A stretch of DNA of 64,000 bases from a virus (lineage: Duplodnaviria > Caudoviricetes): positions 1,850 through 65,849 of IMG/VR virus record IMGVR_UViG_3300011336_000387; one strand, 5' to 3'. Shown here in pieces: positions 55,085 through 64,000 of the stretch (positions are counted from its first letter, which is position 1; each line of letters opens with the position of its first letter). The position numbers and the translations under genes are program-made. Under the pieces are notes generated by a model, which saw only the letters and a list, made by a program, of their open reading frames with translations, had not been told where the DNA came from and searched no databases.

Positions 55085-58021
55085 ATGGCAACGTATATTC
55101 AATCCGTAACAGACTACATACCACAGTTGCAACCTTTTCAGCCTGACTATAATTTTTATTCTAATGTTTTGCAAACAAAGCAAACACAATATGATACAAA
55201 TTGGAAAGCTTTAAATAAAATGTATGGTCAGTATTATAATGCTGACTTAACAAGAGATCCCAATATTGCAAAAAAAGATAATTATCTAAAGCAAATTGAG
55301 TTTAATTTACAAAGAGTTTCACAATTAGATTTATCATTAGAACAAAATGTAGATCAAGCTACTCAAATTTTTAAACCTTTTTATGAAGATAAAAATCTAA
55401 TGAAAGATATGGCTTGGACAAAAAACTACATGAGTAATGTTGGTTTTGGAGAAAGCTTAAAAAATGCCTATGATCAAAAACAAAGATCACAATATTGGTC
55501 TGATGGTATTGCTGCAATGAATTTTAAAAGAGATGAATTTAAGGAAGCTTCAGATGCTGATGCATTATCTTTTGAAAATGCAACTTATACACCTTATGTA
55601 AATGCTGTTGAAAAAGCACAAGAGATAGCTAAAGATGCTGGTTTATCTATTGAATCAGTTGACTTTAGTAAGGATGGTAAATGGATTGTTAAAACAAAGA
55701 ATGGTGAACAATTAATTGAACCCTTACAAAAGTTATTTGAAGCTAGATTAGGAAATGATCCAGGAATTCAAGAAGTATATAAAACACAAGCATATGTAAA
55801 TAGAAAAAATTATGCATATTCTAATGCTGCTCAATTTAAAGGAGATAAGAATATGGCAGAATTAAAATATCTTGAGAATAGCTTTAATGTTTTAAAAGCT
55901 CAAAGTGCTGTAAGATATCTTGGACTTAAAGAAAGATCAGTATCTTATGATGCAAAAATAAAAGATCTTGAAAATCAAGTTGAAAAAGGAACAGCATCTC
56001 CAGAAGTAAAATTGATGCTCTCTCAATATAAAATGAATAAAGATATTAATGATCAAGTATTAGTAAGAGCAGAAAATGAACAAAAAGAATTAAGTAGTAG
56101 TCAAAGTACTGCAACTACATCTACTGGTTTTGTAAATCCTTTTGGAGATATTAAGTCTTTAAGGTATAAAGTTGACAATGGAATGGCTTCTACTTTAATG
56201 CAAAAAGATTTAGATGAGGCTGCCAATATATTTGCCTTTAAAGATTCTAAAGTAGATATTGATGCTAACCCATATGCTGTATTAGATGTAAAGCACCGTT
56301 ATAGTATGCAAGAAACTGCAGCTAGAAATGCTGGTTTAGAAAGAGCTGCTAGAATTAGAAATGCAGGTGAAAAAGATACAGCACTAATGAAATGGAAATT
56401 AGAATCTGGTACTTATTATCAAGATGAAGAAACTGGAGAAATTCTACCAGTAGAAGCTTTAAATCAAATGTTTGTAGATCCAAATGATAAAGGTACATCT
56501 ACTGATAAGCTTAATTTAAAAGAAGCTAGTAGACATATTAATAGATTACAAACTGAAAATATTGCAAGACCTCATTTAACAAATGCACTTACTTTAATTG
56601 AAAAAATGGTTAAAGAAGGTACAATGAGTAAACAAGAAGCTGGTAAGATATTATCTTATGGTAAAAATCCTAATATTAGTGTTGATTTATTTTCTAAGAA
56701 ACTTAATAAATATGGTTCTGAATGGTTACGTGCTGAAGTAGGAGCTGATGATTTAGCTAAGATAAACAGTAGAATGAATACTTGGGTATCTCAAAATGGT
56801 CAATTATCAGGATTATCTACCACTGAGTATAAAAACTTTGCAGTTAGTTCTATGAAGTTTCAAGATTATACTAATTATCTTAAAGCAGATGCTGATTGGA
56901 GAAAACAAACTTCTTATGAAGTAGAAAGAGATTTAAGAAAGCAAGGTTATAAATATGTAGACTATCTATATGATAATAAGGGTAACCTAAGAAGTCAAAA
57001 AGACTTTTATGGAGCTCTTGAAAAAGCTGGTAAAATTAATAAATCAGACGCTGAAAAAGGTAAAGCATATAAAAAAGATCCCGTTTATGTATCTATGGGA
57101 CCAGGTTTACCTGCTATGCCGGTAGAATCTCAACCAGAATCTGTAGATTATAATGACTTAGTGAAAGCAGCTAGTAATGTATATACTTCAGGTAGAGTTA
57201 AAAAAAATGTACCAGGTTTAGATAAATTAGGTACTATGTCAGGCACAGGTAAGTTTACTATGGGTACTACAACTACATGGGTTAATCCTAAAGCACATGG
57301 TACAGCAAGTACAATTTGGACAGCTGAAGCTTTTAGAGACTTAGCTAAAATGGACTGGGGTGCTAATGATAAAAATAGAGTAACTTTTGGAGGCCTAAGT
57401 AAAGATACTTGGAATAAAAGAGGAGAGATGGAGTCTAAGAATAATGTTGGTAAAGCATTATTTGAAGCTATAAGAGGTGAGCTAACTAATCCAAAAACTA
57501 AAATGGGTAATTTCCGTATTGGTGTTTCTCCAATAGCTATTGGGTCAATGAATAAAGCTGCCATTATTATTCATCCAAATGCTGAGTGGTTAAAAAATTA
57601 TGTAAAATCTGGTAAAGAAGGTACAGGAACAGGTTTAATAAATCAAGAAGAATATAATTATATTTTACAGAATGGTATTTCTTATATTACTGATTCTAAA
57701 GATATGACTAATACAATGTACAAAAGTGCATTCCAATCTCCTTTACAATCTTATGTAGATCAAGTTGGATCATATACATATAGTGATCCAAGAAATGAAA
57801 ATTATAAATTTACAATTGAAAAAAATAAATTAGGTACAGGTGATTATACTACTTCAACTTCATTTCCATTATGGAATCCAGAGAAAGGTAAATATGAATA
57901 TGAAACTGAAGTAGAAAATACTTCAAACCTTGGAACTAATTTAGAGTCTACAAGAGACATGATGCCCGATCAATTTGATGCAATAATGGATTTAAATAAA
58001 CAGTTATCTAATGGCAATTAA
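55085..58021 (+). CDS. large helical ejection / cargo protein
   Basis: 978 aa; N-terminus MATYIQ...YIPQLQPFQPDYNFY typical of crAss-like cargo genes preceding giant proteins. No GG motifs. Confidence 0.55.
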   Translation: MATYIQSVTDYIPQLQPFQPDYNFYSNVLQTKQTQYDTNWKALNKMYGQYYNADLTRDPNIAKKDNYLKQIEFNLQRVSQLDLSLEQNVDQATQIFKPFYEDKNLMKDMAWTKNYMSNVGFGESLKNAYDQKQRSQYWSDGIAAMNFKRDEFKEASDADALSFENATYTPYVNAVEKAQEIAKDAGLSIESVDFSKDGKWIVKTKNGEQLIEPLQKLFEARLGNDPGIQEVYKTQAYVNRKNYAYSNAAQFKGDKNMAELKYLENSFNVLKAQSAVRYLGLKERSVSYDAKIKDLENQVEKGTASPEVKLMLSQYKMNKDINDQVLVRAENEQKELSSSQSTATTSTGFVNPFGDIKSLRYKVDNGMASTLMQKDLDEAANIFAFKDSKVDIDANPYAVLDVKHRYSMQETAARNAGLERAARIRNAGEKDTALMKWKLESGTYYQDEETGEILPVEALNQMFVDPNDKGTSTDKLNLKEASRHINRLQTENIARPHLTNALTLIEKMVKEGTMSKQEAGKILSYGKNPNISVDLFSKKLNKYGSEWLRAEVGADDLAKINSRMNTWVSQNGQLSGLSTTEYKNFAVSSMKFQDYTNYLKADADWRKQTSYEVERDLRKQGYKYVDYLYDNKGNLRSQKDFYGALEKAGKINKSDAEKGKAYKKDPVYVSMGPGLPAMPVESQPESVDYNDLVKAASNVYTSGRVKKNVPGLDKLGTMSGTGKFTMGTTTTWVNPKAHGTASTIWTAEAFRDLAKMDWGANDKNRVTFGGLSKDTWNKRGEMESKNNVGKALFEAIRGELTNPKTKMGNFRIGVSPIAIGSMNKAAIIIHPNAEWLKNYVKSGKEGTGTGLINQEEYNYILQNGISYITDSKDMTNTMYKSAFQSPLQSYVDQVGSYTYSDPRNENYKFTIEKNKLGTGDYTTSTSFPLWNPEKGKYEYETEVENTSNLGTNLESTRDMMPDQFDAIMDLNKQLSNGN

Positions 58022-61000
58022 TGATGAAGTTTTTAATTCTTTGGATCCATTAGGGCCTGAGTATGGAAAAATAAATGCACCTATAATAGATAGTAAAGGT
58101 TTATCTCCTTTTGAGGGAGATAGAATTGAAATGCCTAAAACTAATTTTCCTGATCAAGGAGAACAATTTTTTCCAATAAGACCTAATATAAATAATCTTG
58201 AGTCTCCACAAAAAAATGTAAGACAAAGTATTGTTGGAACTCCACAAAATAAACCTGGATTAAATAAATCAGCTAATTATAATGATATAAAAGCTGCTGT
58301 TAAACAAAATTTAAAAGCTGCTATACAAGCTAAACAAGATAAAAACACTTATGCAAAGATATACTCTTATGATGCAGGACCAGATGGTAATGCATTTTAT
58401 AAAAGGTATCAAGCATATGGTCAAGAAAAGTTTGATGAAATAGGATTCTCTCCAATAAGAGATAATGAATCTTTATTTAATGCACATACTACTTGGTGGG
58501 ATGATCATAAAAGAATGATGACTAATTCATTCTGGCCTTTGTTTGGAAGAGGCTTTGTTGCCGGTCCTAAAAGTTTAGGTAAAATGCTTACTGGAGATTT
58601 TTTTGGAACAGACCTTGAAGATGCAGCAGCTTATAAAGAAGCAGCAGCTATTGGTCAATCTAGCAAAAAAGGAATTGGTTCCTTTGCTAACAATACCATA
58701 ATGAACTTTGGATACTCAGCAGGTATTATGTCTGAAGCTATCTTAGAAGAAATTGGTGGTGTTTTACTTGCTCCTGAAACATTAGGAGGAAGTTTTTTTG
58801 TATCTACAGCTAACTTACTTAAGAATACTGCAAAAGCATTTAAGGGTTTAGATCTTGCAAAAGATGGTTATAAAGCTGTTAATACTAGTTTAGATGCTGT
58901 CAATAGTGTACAGGGAGCTAGAAAATTTTGGGAACAAGCAAGAAATATAGGTAAGATACCTTTAAGTCCTATAGGTAGTACAGTAAGAGCATATGAAGCT
59001 GCAAAGACTGCAAATAATTTAACTAATCTTGCTAAAGCATATAAAACAGCAGGAGGTTTTTACAGAGATATTGTAAGAATGAACATGGCTTTATCTGAGG
59101 CTAGACTTGAAGGTGGTATGGTAGAGAATCAAATTTATGATAATCTATACAACCAATACTATGCTAAAAATGATAAGGCTCCAGGTGATGCTTTACAGTA
59201 TGATATGATTAAGCAATCTAAGAAAGGAGCTCTTAATACAGTACTGTGGAACTCTGCTCTTATATATGGTAGTAATGCTATTGTTTTCCCAAATATCATG
59301 GGGCCAAAAGGTGGTATCAGAGGTTATTTAAAAAACTCTATTAGTGAATTTAAAACAATTAAGGGTGGAAAGTTTGGGGATTATGGTAATATAATGTACA
59401 ATAAAGCAGGTAAAAAAATTCAGTTTGAAAAAGCTAATTTTAAAAACATGATTTTAGATTACATGAGAAAACCTATTCATAAAGCTGCTCTAGGTACATT
59501 AGGTTATTTTAAAAAGAATTTTACAGAAGGTATTCAAGAAAATTTACAAGAAGTTATTTCTGGAGCTAATGAAAAATACTACTCAGATACATTTAATAGT
59601 AAAGCTTTAGGTTCACATGAGTATTCAAAAGCAGTATCTAAATATAATACTGCATCTCAATTAGATTATTATGGTAAGGAACTAGGTAATCAATTTACAG
59701 CTACAGGATTTGAAACATTTGCTTCAGGTTTTGCTATGGGAACATTAGCTTCTCCATTAAATTTTGCATTTAAAGAATTATCTATTGGTTATAATAGAAT
59801 GTTTGATAAAGAAACTTATAATACATTTAAAGAACAAAAATTAAATATTACTAAAAATCTTATTACTCAGTTAAATGGTATAGGTATACAAGAATTTTTA
59901 GATTCTAAAACTTTTAATTATGCTGTACAAGAAGGTGTAGCAAATATAAAAGAACAAGGTTCTAAAAAACAAGCAAATGATGCTGACTTAGAAGGAATTG
60001 TAAGTCAAATGGAATACTTGTTTAATAATGGAACTACTGATATCTTTAAAGAAAAGCTGAGACATTTTAGTGAAATGACTCCAGAAGAATTTGAAGAAGC
60101 TGTGCCTACTGTACCAAAAGGTGAAGGTGCTAAGTATCAAGCAAAGATTCCAGATACTCTTAAAAAACTAGATGAAGTAGAACAAGACTATAAAAATATT
60201 AATGAAAGATATCCTAATCCAATTACTGATGATAATCTTCCACCAAAAGGTAGTCCTGAATATGCAGATGCTGTAGCATTAAAGGAGGGTTGGAAAAAAG
60301 CAGTACAAAATGCTGTTTATTTTAAACAATCCTTTAAGGATACTATGGTTAGAAAAGCACAAATTATGGCTAAGTATCTTTCACAAGCTCCTTTACAGGG
60401 AATGACACAAAGAGACTCTGAAGTTATTTTTGATTATGATAAGTTAAGAAATGAAGCTGCCATGCTTAAAGATGAAGTAGCAACATTAAAAGAACTTAAA
60501 GATCCTGAATCTCAAAGACAGTATACTATTAAACAAAGAAAATTAGAAGCTTTAACTAAGCTAGGAGAAAAAACTGTTAAGTTCAGTAACTTTTTTAATA
60601 GATATGAAAAAGCTGCTGCTATCAGAGCTGAACTTCAAAAACAAAGTGATGTACCTGTAACTGATGAAGAAGTTGAAAAAGTAATGGATAGTATATTAGG
60701 AGAATATAATGATGAAAATAAAATAAAAACATTTTCAGAACATGAAGCAGCTTATAAAGATTATTTAAGAGCACTTGCTGAAGTAAATGGAGATTATCTT
60801 TTTGATCAAAATGTTGATGAGTCTTATGAATTATTAGCTGATCATTATAAATTAGGATATGAAGCTAATAACTTAATGCAGTATGTAAATTTATTACATG
60901 ATCCAAATGCATTCATGGAAACTGCTGATAGAAACAGAAAATGGATGAAAGAACTCTATAATAAAAGAGGAGAGATCTATGAAAAAATGATCAGAGAGCA

Positions 61001-64000
61001 ATTAGATTTAGTTATAGATAATGCTTTACTAAATAAATTAGCAAATGAAGGTATTTATATTAGTCTTGATGATTTTGCTCAATGGAAAAAAGATGGTACT
61101 CCACCTTCAGAATTTTTTGATAATGCAAGAAAGATGATTATTCCTGAAGGAACAACAGCTTATGATGAATATTATGCATTTTTTGAACAAGCTTCTAGTC
61201 TTAAAGATCAATCAACAGGAACATTAAAAGAATCATTAGATCAATCATTAAGTGTTAAACTTGATGAGATAGATGAGCAAATGGCAGAAGCTATTAATAA
61301 AGTTCCAAAGAAAGAAGTTAAGATTGTTAGTAATACTCTTAAATCTAAGAATGGAGTTAATATAACTCTTGCTGAAATTTTTAATACACTTGGTCAAGAA
61401 GAATTTGCAGAAGGTGTTTTTAGTGAAGATGCAGAACCTTTAGTGTTATATAAAGATCTTGAAGGAAATCTTAGACTAGATGGAAAAGAAGGTGAAATTT
61501 TTAAAAATTTAAATGCAGCTGTTGATTTTACAAGTGTTCAAATATATACTGTTAGTGAGCAATCTGATCCTCAATTAGTTGGACCTATAGAAAAAAGATA
61601 TGAAGAACTTAAAAATAAGACAAGAGAAGAATATGCAGATAGACTTGAAAAAATTACAACTGAAGAAGAAAAACCTGTAGTAGATTTTGTACCTGTTACA
61701 AATGATGCTGAGAGTCTTCTTGATTATCCAGCTTTATATAATAGTTTATATAGATCTTTTAATGAAAAAATTCTATCTAAATTAAGTGACCAAGATCAGG
61801 TTAACCTTACAGAAGAAGAAGAGATAAATTTATTTAATAGATTTTTAAAAACTGATAAAGATGCAAAAGCTGAGATAGATGAATTTAATAAAAAGAAAAA
61901 GTTAGATGTAACTACTAAAGAAACTGGTGAGAAAGGTGAGTTTGAATTCATGTATCAGGGTAAGAAAAAAAGTACAGAGGACTATAAAACAGTTGTTGAT
62001 CTTAGAAAAATTCAAAGAAGGTTTATAGCACTTATTAATGAAATTGATAATAAAGAAAATGCTACTACAGAAGATATGACTGATAAAAGTAAGTACAAAG
62101 TTCTTGTTACTGACTTTGAAAAACTTATTGCAACCAGATCCAGAAAAGGATTAACTCCTGAACTTAAAGCAGCCATTGATAAAATTAATACTATTAAAGA
62201 AAAGCAAGGTGATATAGTAATAACTGAAGAAGGCATAACAGTAAATGGTGAACAATACCAAACTGCTAATAATGCATTAGGTATTGATGAAGTTAAATCT
62301 CCATTTAAGGATTATGTAGATGAACAAGTTAAAAACTTATTTGATCCAGAAGGAACTCCTATGTTTGATGAAACTAAGATTACTCAAGAAGCATATGATA
62401 ATTTATTTGGAGATAAAGGATATCTTACTAAGTTAAAACAAAGAGTAGATAATGGTGAGTTATTTATTGTATCTCAAGGATTGACGGTATATGATACCAA
62501 ATCTAAAATGGCTAGTACAATAGACTTACTAGTAGCAGATGCAAATAGTAATTTGACTATTGTAGCAGTGACTCCGGATTCAAAAAGTAACTGGGATATC
62601 TTTAATAAAAAAGATAATCCTAAGTCTAAGATGAAGCAAGCAGCAATGCTACAAACAGCCAATGCTAATTTGTTAATGAGTATGCTTGGTACAGAAGCTA
62701 AGATTGCTGTCTTACCAATTGAGATGAGTGTCAGTACTACAGATGATAAAATCTTATCAGCTAATAAACCTACTTCACCTACATTACTTGCTACTGATTT
62801 CTTAATTGCTTTAAACAAAGCAGAAGCTCAAGCAGAGATAGATAAACTAATCCCTGTAGAAAAAGCTACTACTACTACAGATACTAAAGCTGAAATAGAA
62901 AGAAGAAGACAAGAAGAATTAGAAGCTTTACCATTTGATGAGCAAGCTAAACAAACATTAGAATTTGCAAAAACAAAAGGAGAAGAAAGATATTTAAGAC
63001 AACTAAAACTAGAAGCTTCTAAAATACCTTCAACTACAAGTACAGTTAGTGGAAAAACAGTTATGATACCTTCTGGTGGTGATATTATGGAAAAGCATGA
63101 TGCAGAAGATGCATTAGCTAATCCAAACTCTGATATTGCAAGTAGAATTATGGCTGTTCAGAAATTAGCTGATATTTTTAAACCATATAATGAAGCAAGA
63201 AAATCTGATATTTTAAAAGATATAGCAAAAATTGAAGCTGGTGATATTTCAAGTGATGAAGTTAGAGAAGTTAAAAAAATATATGATGCAGAACTAGCTG
63301 CTTTAAAAACAAATGTAGTTCCTGCAGATGCTGAATCAAGTGATGATGTAGAGTCTCCTGCAGTAGAAGCAGAAGTAAAAGAAAGAGAAGTTGTTGTTAT
63401 TGATGATTCATTAAGATATAAGATATCTGACTTTAAAGCTGACTTAGATAAAGTAACTACAAAAGAAGAGTTTAATAATTTAATAGCTGATCTTAGTATT
63501 AAAAATTCACAACGGTTAATCTCTTATGAAGACTTGCAAGAAATGCAAACTATGGCTAAAGAAAAAGCTAACCAATTAAATACTCCACAAGATATTAAAA
63601 TTGTTCCGGAATCATTGGTTCCAGGTACAGAGTTTGTTGCAAAAAATACTATCTTTGTTTCAGGTGTTAATGTTCAAGTAGATGAAACAGTAGTGGTTAA
63701 ATCAGTAAATGCTAGTAATAAAACTATAGTAGTTACTCCACTAAATTCAACATCTTCTATAACACTAACTTTTAGTACATTAAACCAATCATTTACATTA
63801 AAAGATGCTGTAATGAATGCAACAGAAACAGGAGAAGAGAAAATAACACCAGAAGATAAAACTAAAATAGTTGTGTCTACAGACTTAGTAGATACTTTTG
63901 TACAAAATAAGGCTGGTAAAATTGATGAAATTGAAGAGAAAGCTTCAGCTAAATCTCTTGAAGAATTAGATGAAGAATTAATGGATGACTTAGAATGTTA
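58011..64000 (+). CDS. giant ejection / cargo protein (~1996 aa), stop codon probably cut by the window edge; not in ORF track
   Basis: ATG 58011 (MAINDEVFNSLDPLG). The frame was open in every line I translated across the region. It contains FTEGIQENLQE and a degenerate PD-(D/E)XK domain, and ends ...LMDDLEC followed by TA at 63999-64000. Confidence 0.8.
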   Translation, partial: MAINDEVFNSLDPLGPEYGKINAPIIDSKGLSPFEGDRIEMPKTNFPDQGEQFFPIRPNINNLESPQKNVRQSIVGTPQNKPGLNKSANYNDIKAAVKQNLKAAIQAKQDKNTYAKIYSYDAGPDGNAFYKRYQAYGQEKFDEIGFSPIRDNESLFNAHTTWWDDHKRMMTNSFWPLFGRGFVAGPKSLGKMLTGDFFGTDLEDAAAYKEAAAIGQSSKKGIGSFANNTIMNFGYSAGIMSEAILEEIGGVLLAPETLGGSFFVSTANLLKNTAKAFKGLDLAKDGYKAVNTSLDAVNSVQGARKFWEQARNIGKIPLSPIGSTVRAYEAAKTANNLTNLAKAYKTAGGFYRDIVRMNMALSEARLEGGMVENQIYDNLYNQYYAKNDKAPGDALQYDMIKQSKKGALNTVLWNSALIYGSNAIVFPNIMGPKGGIRGYLKNSISEFKTIKGGKFGDYGNIMYNKAGKKIQFEKANFKNMILDYMRKPIHKAALGTLGYFKKNFTEGIQENLQEVISGANEKYYSDTFNSKALGSHEYSKAVSKYNTASQLDYYGKELGNQFTATGFETFASGFAMGTLASPLNFAFKELSIGYNRMFDKETYNTFKEQKLNITKNLITQLNGIGIQEFLDSKTFNYAVQEGVANIKEQGSKKQANDADLEGIVSQMEYLFNNGTTDIFKEKLRHFSEMTPEEFEEAVPTVPKGEGAKYQAKIPDTLKKLDEVEQDYKNINERYPNPITDDNLPPKGSPEYADAVALKEGWKKAVQNAVYFKQSFKDTMVRKAQIMAKYLSQAPLQGMTQRDSEVIFDYDKLRNEAAMLKDEVATLKELKDPESQRQYTIKQRKLEALTKLGEKTVKFSNFFNRYEKAAAIRAELQKQSDVPVTDEEVEKVMDSILGEYNDENKIKTFSEHEAAYKDYLRALAEVNGDYLFDQNVDESYELLADHYKLGYEANNLMQYVNLLHDPNAFMETADRNRKWMKELYNKRGEIYEKMIREQLDLVIDNALLNKLANEGIYISLDDFAQWKKDGTPPSEFFDNARKMIIPEGTTAYDEYYAFFEQASSLKDQSTGTLKESLDQSLSVKLDEIDEQMAEAINKVPKKEVKIVSNTLKSKNGVNITLAEIFNTLGQEEFAEGVFSEDAEPLVLYKDLEGNLRLDGKEGEIFKNLNAAVDFTSVQIYTVSEQSDPQLVGPIEKRYEELKNKTREEYADRLEKITTEEEKPVVDFVPVTNDAESLLDYPALYNSLYRSFNEKILSKLSDQDQVNLTEEEEINLFNRFLKTDKDAKAEIDEFNKKKKLDVTTKETGEKGEFEFMYQGKKKSTEDYKTVVDLRKIQRRFIALINEIDNKENATTEDMTDKSKYKVLVTDFEKLIATRSRKGLTPELKAAIDKINTIKEKQGDIVITEEGITVNGEQYQTANNALGIDEVKSPFKDYVDEQVKNLFDPEGTPMFDETKITQEAYDNLFGDKGYLTKLKQRVDNGELFIVSQGLTVYDTKSKMASTIDLLVADANSNLTIVAVTPDSKSNWDIFNKKDNPKSKMKQAAMLQTANANLLMSMLGTEAKIAVLPIEMSVSTTDDKILSANKPTSPTLLATDFLIALNKAEAQAEIDKLIPVEKATTTTDTKAEIERRRQEELEALPFDEQAKQTLEFAKTKGEERYLRQLKLEASKIPSTTSTVSGKTVMIPSGGDIMEKHDAEDALANPNSDIASRIMAVQKLADIFKPYNEARKSDILKDIAKIEAGDISSDEVREVKKIYDAELAALKTNVVPADAESSDDVESPAVEAEVKEREVVVIDDSLRYKISDFKADLDKVTTKEEFNNLIADLSIKNSQRLISYEDLQEMQTMAKEKANQLNTPQDIKIVPESLVPGTEFVAKNTIFVSGVNVQVDETVVVKSVNASNKTIVVTPLNSTSSITLTFSTLNQSFTLKDAVMNATETGEEKITPEDKTKIVVSTDLVDTFVQNKAGKIDEIEEKASAKSLEELDEELMDDLEC

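Noticed and set aside
361-62818. Minus-strand ORFs in the track (e.g. 361-711, 4198-4467, 33406-33726, 53429-53860, 57148-57564)
   Set aside because: All lie antisense to long plus-strand genes, have no recognisable motifs and look like reverse-frame shadows.
1-64000. Stop-codon reassignment (TAG or TGA), as in some Crassvirales
   Set aside because: ORFs are full length in the standard code. TAA, TGA (355, 1125, 12130, 14801) and TAG (14533, 21103, 25863, 55015) all end genes at sensible boundaries.
1-64000. CRISPR arrays, tRNA or rRNA genes
   Set aside because: No regularly spaced repeats or cloverleaf-like GC-rich segments were seen, and the intergenic gaps are short and AT-rich.

Overview
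This 64 kb window is the AT-rich, entirely plus-strand virion and lysis module of a large crAss-like (Crassvirales-related) podophage. The host is most likely Bacteroidota, based on a TTTG-N20-TAnnTTTG promoter, no Shine-Dalgarno sites, and Bacteroidota-type holin and adhesin domains. Gene order: small accessory genes (GroES-like, DUF3310-like); tail fibre and adhesin genes; a unimolecular spanin, holin and L,D-transpeptidase-like lysis cassette; HU/IHF-like, PD-(D/E)XK, TerS candidate, TerL, portal, scaffold and major capsid protein; small basic proteins; ring and Dps-like genes; Cys-rich fibres; a tail muzzle protein; and large cargo or ejection proteins. The last of these is a ~1996 aa ORF (58011 to the window end) that is missing from the ORF track. 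The most notable observations are: (1) a class 3-type (WCT) LAGLIDADG intein inside the tail muzzle protein; (2) an EndoVII homing endonuclease inserted in codon 19 of a structural gene and followed by a synonymously recoded replacement gene start; (3) a recurring [MAYF]-x-x-G-G tag restricted to a set of putative capsid-internal proteins; (4) repeat-flanked domain cassettes and a degenerate nuclease domain in cargo proteins; (5) a 9-bp-phased palindromic array upstream of a TATATT promoter motif in front of two cargo genes. All family assignments come from motif recognition by eye and need HMM or structure searches to confirm.
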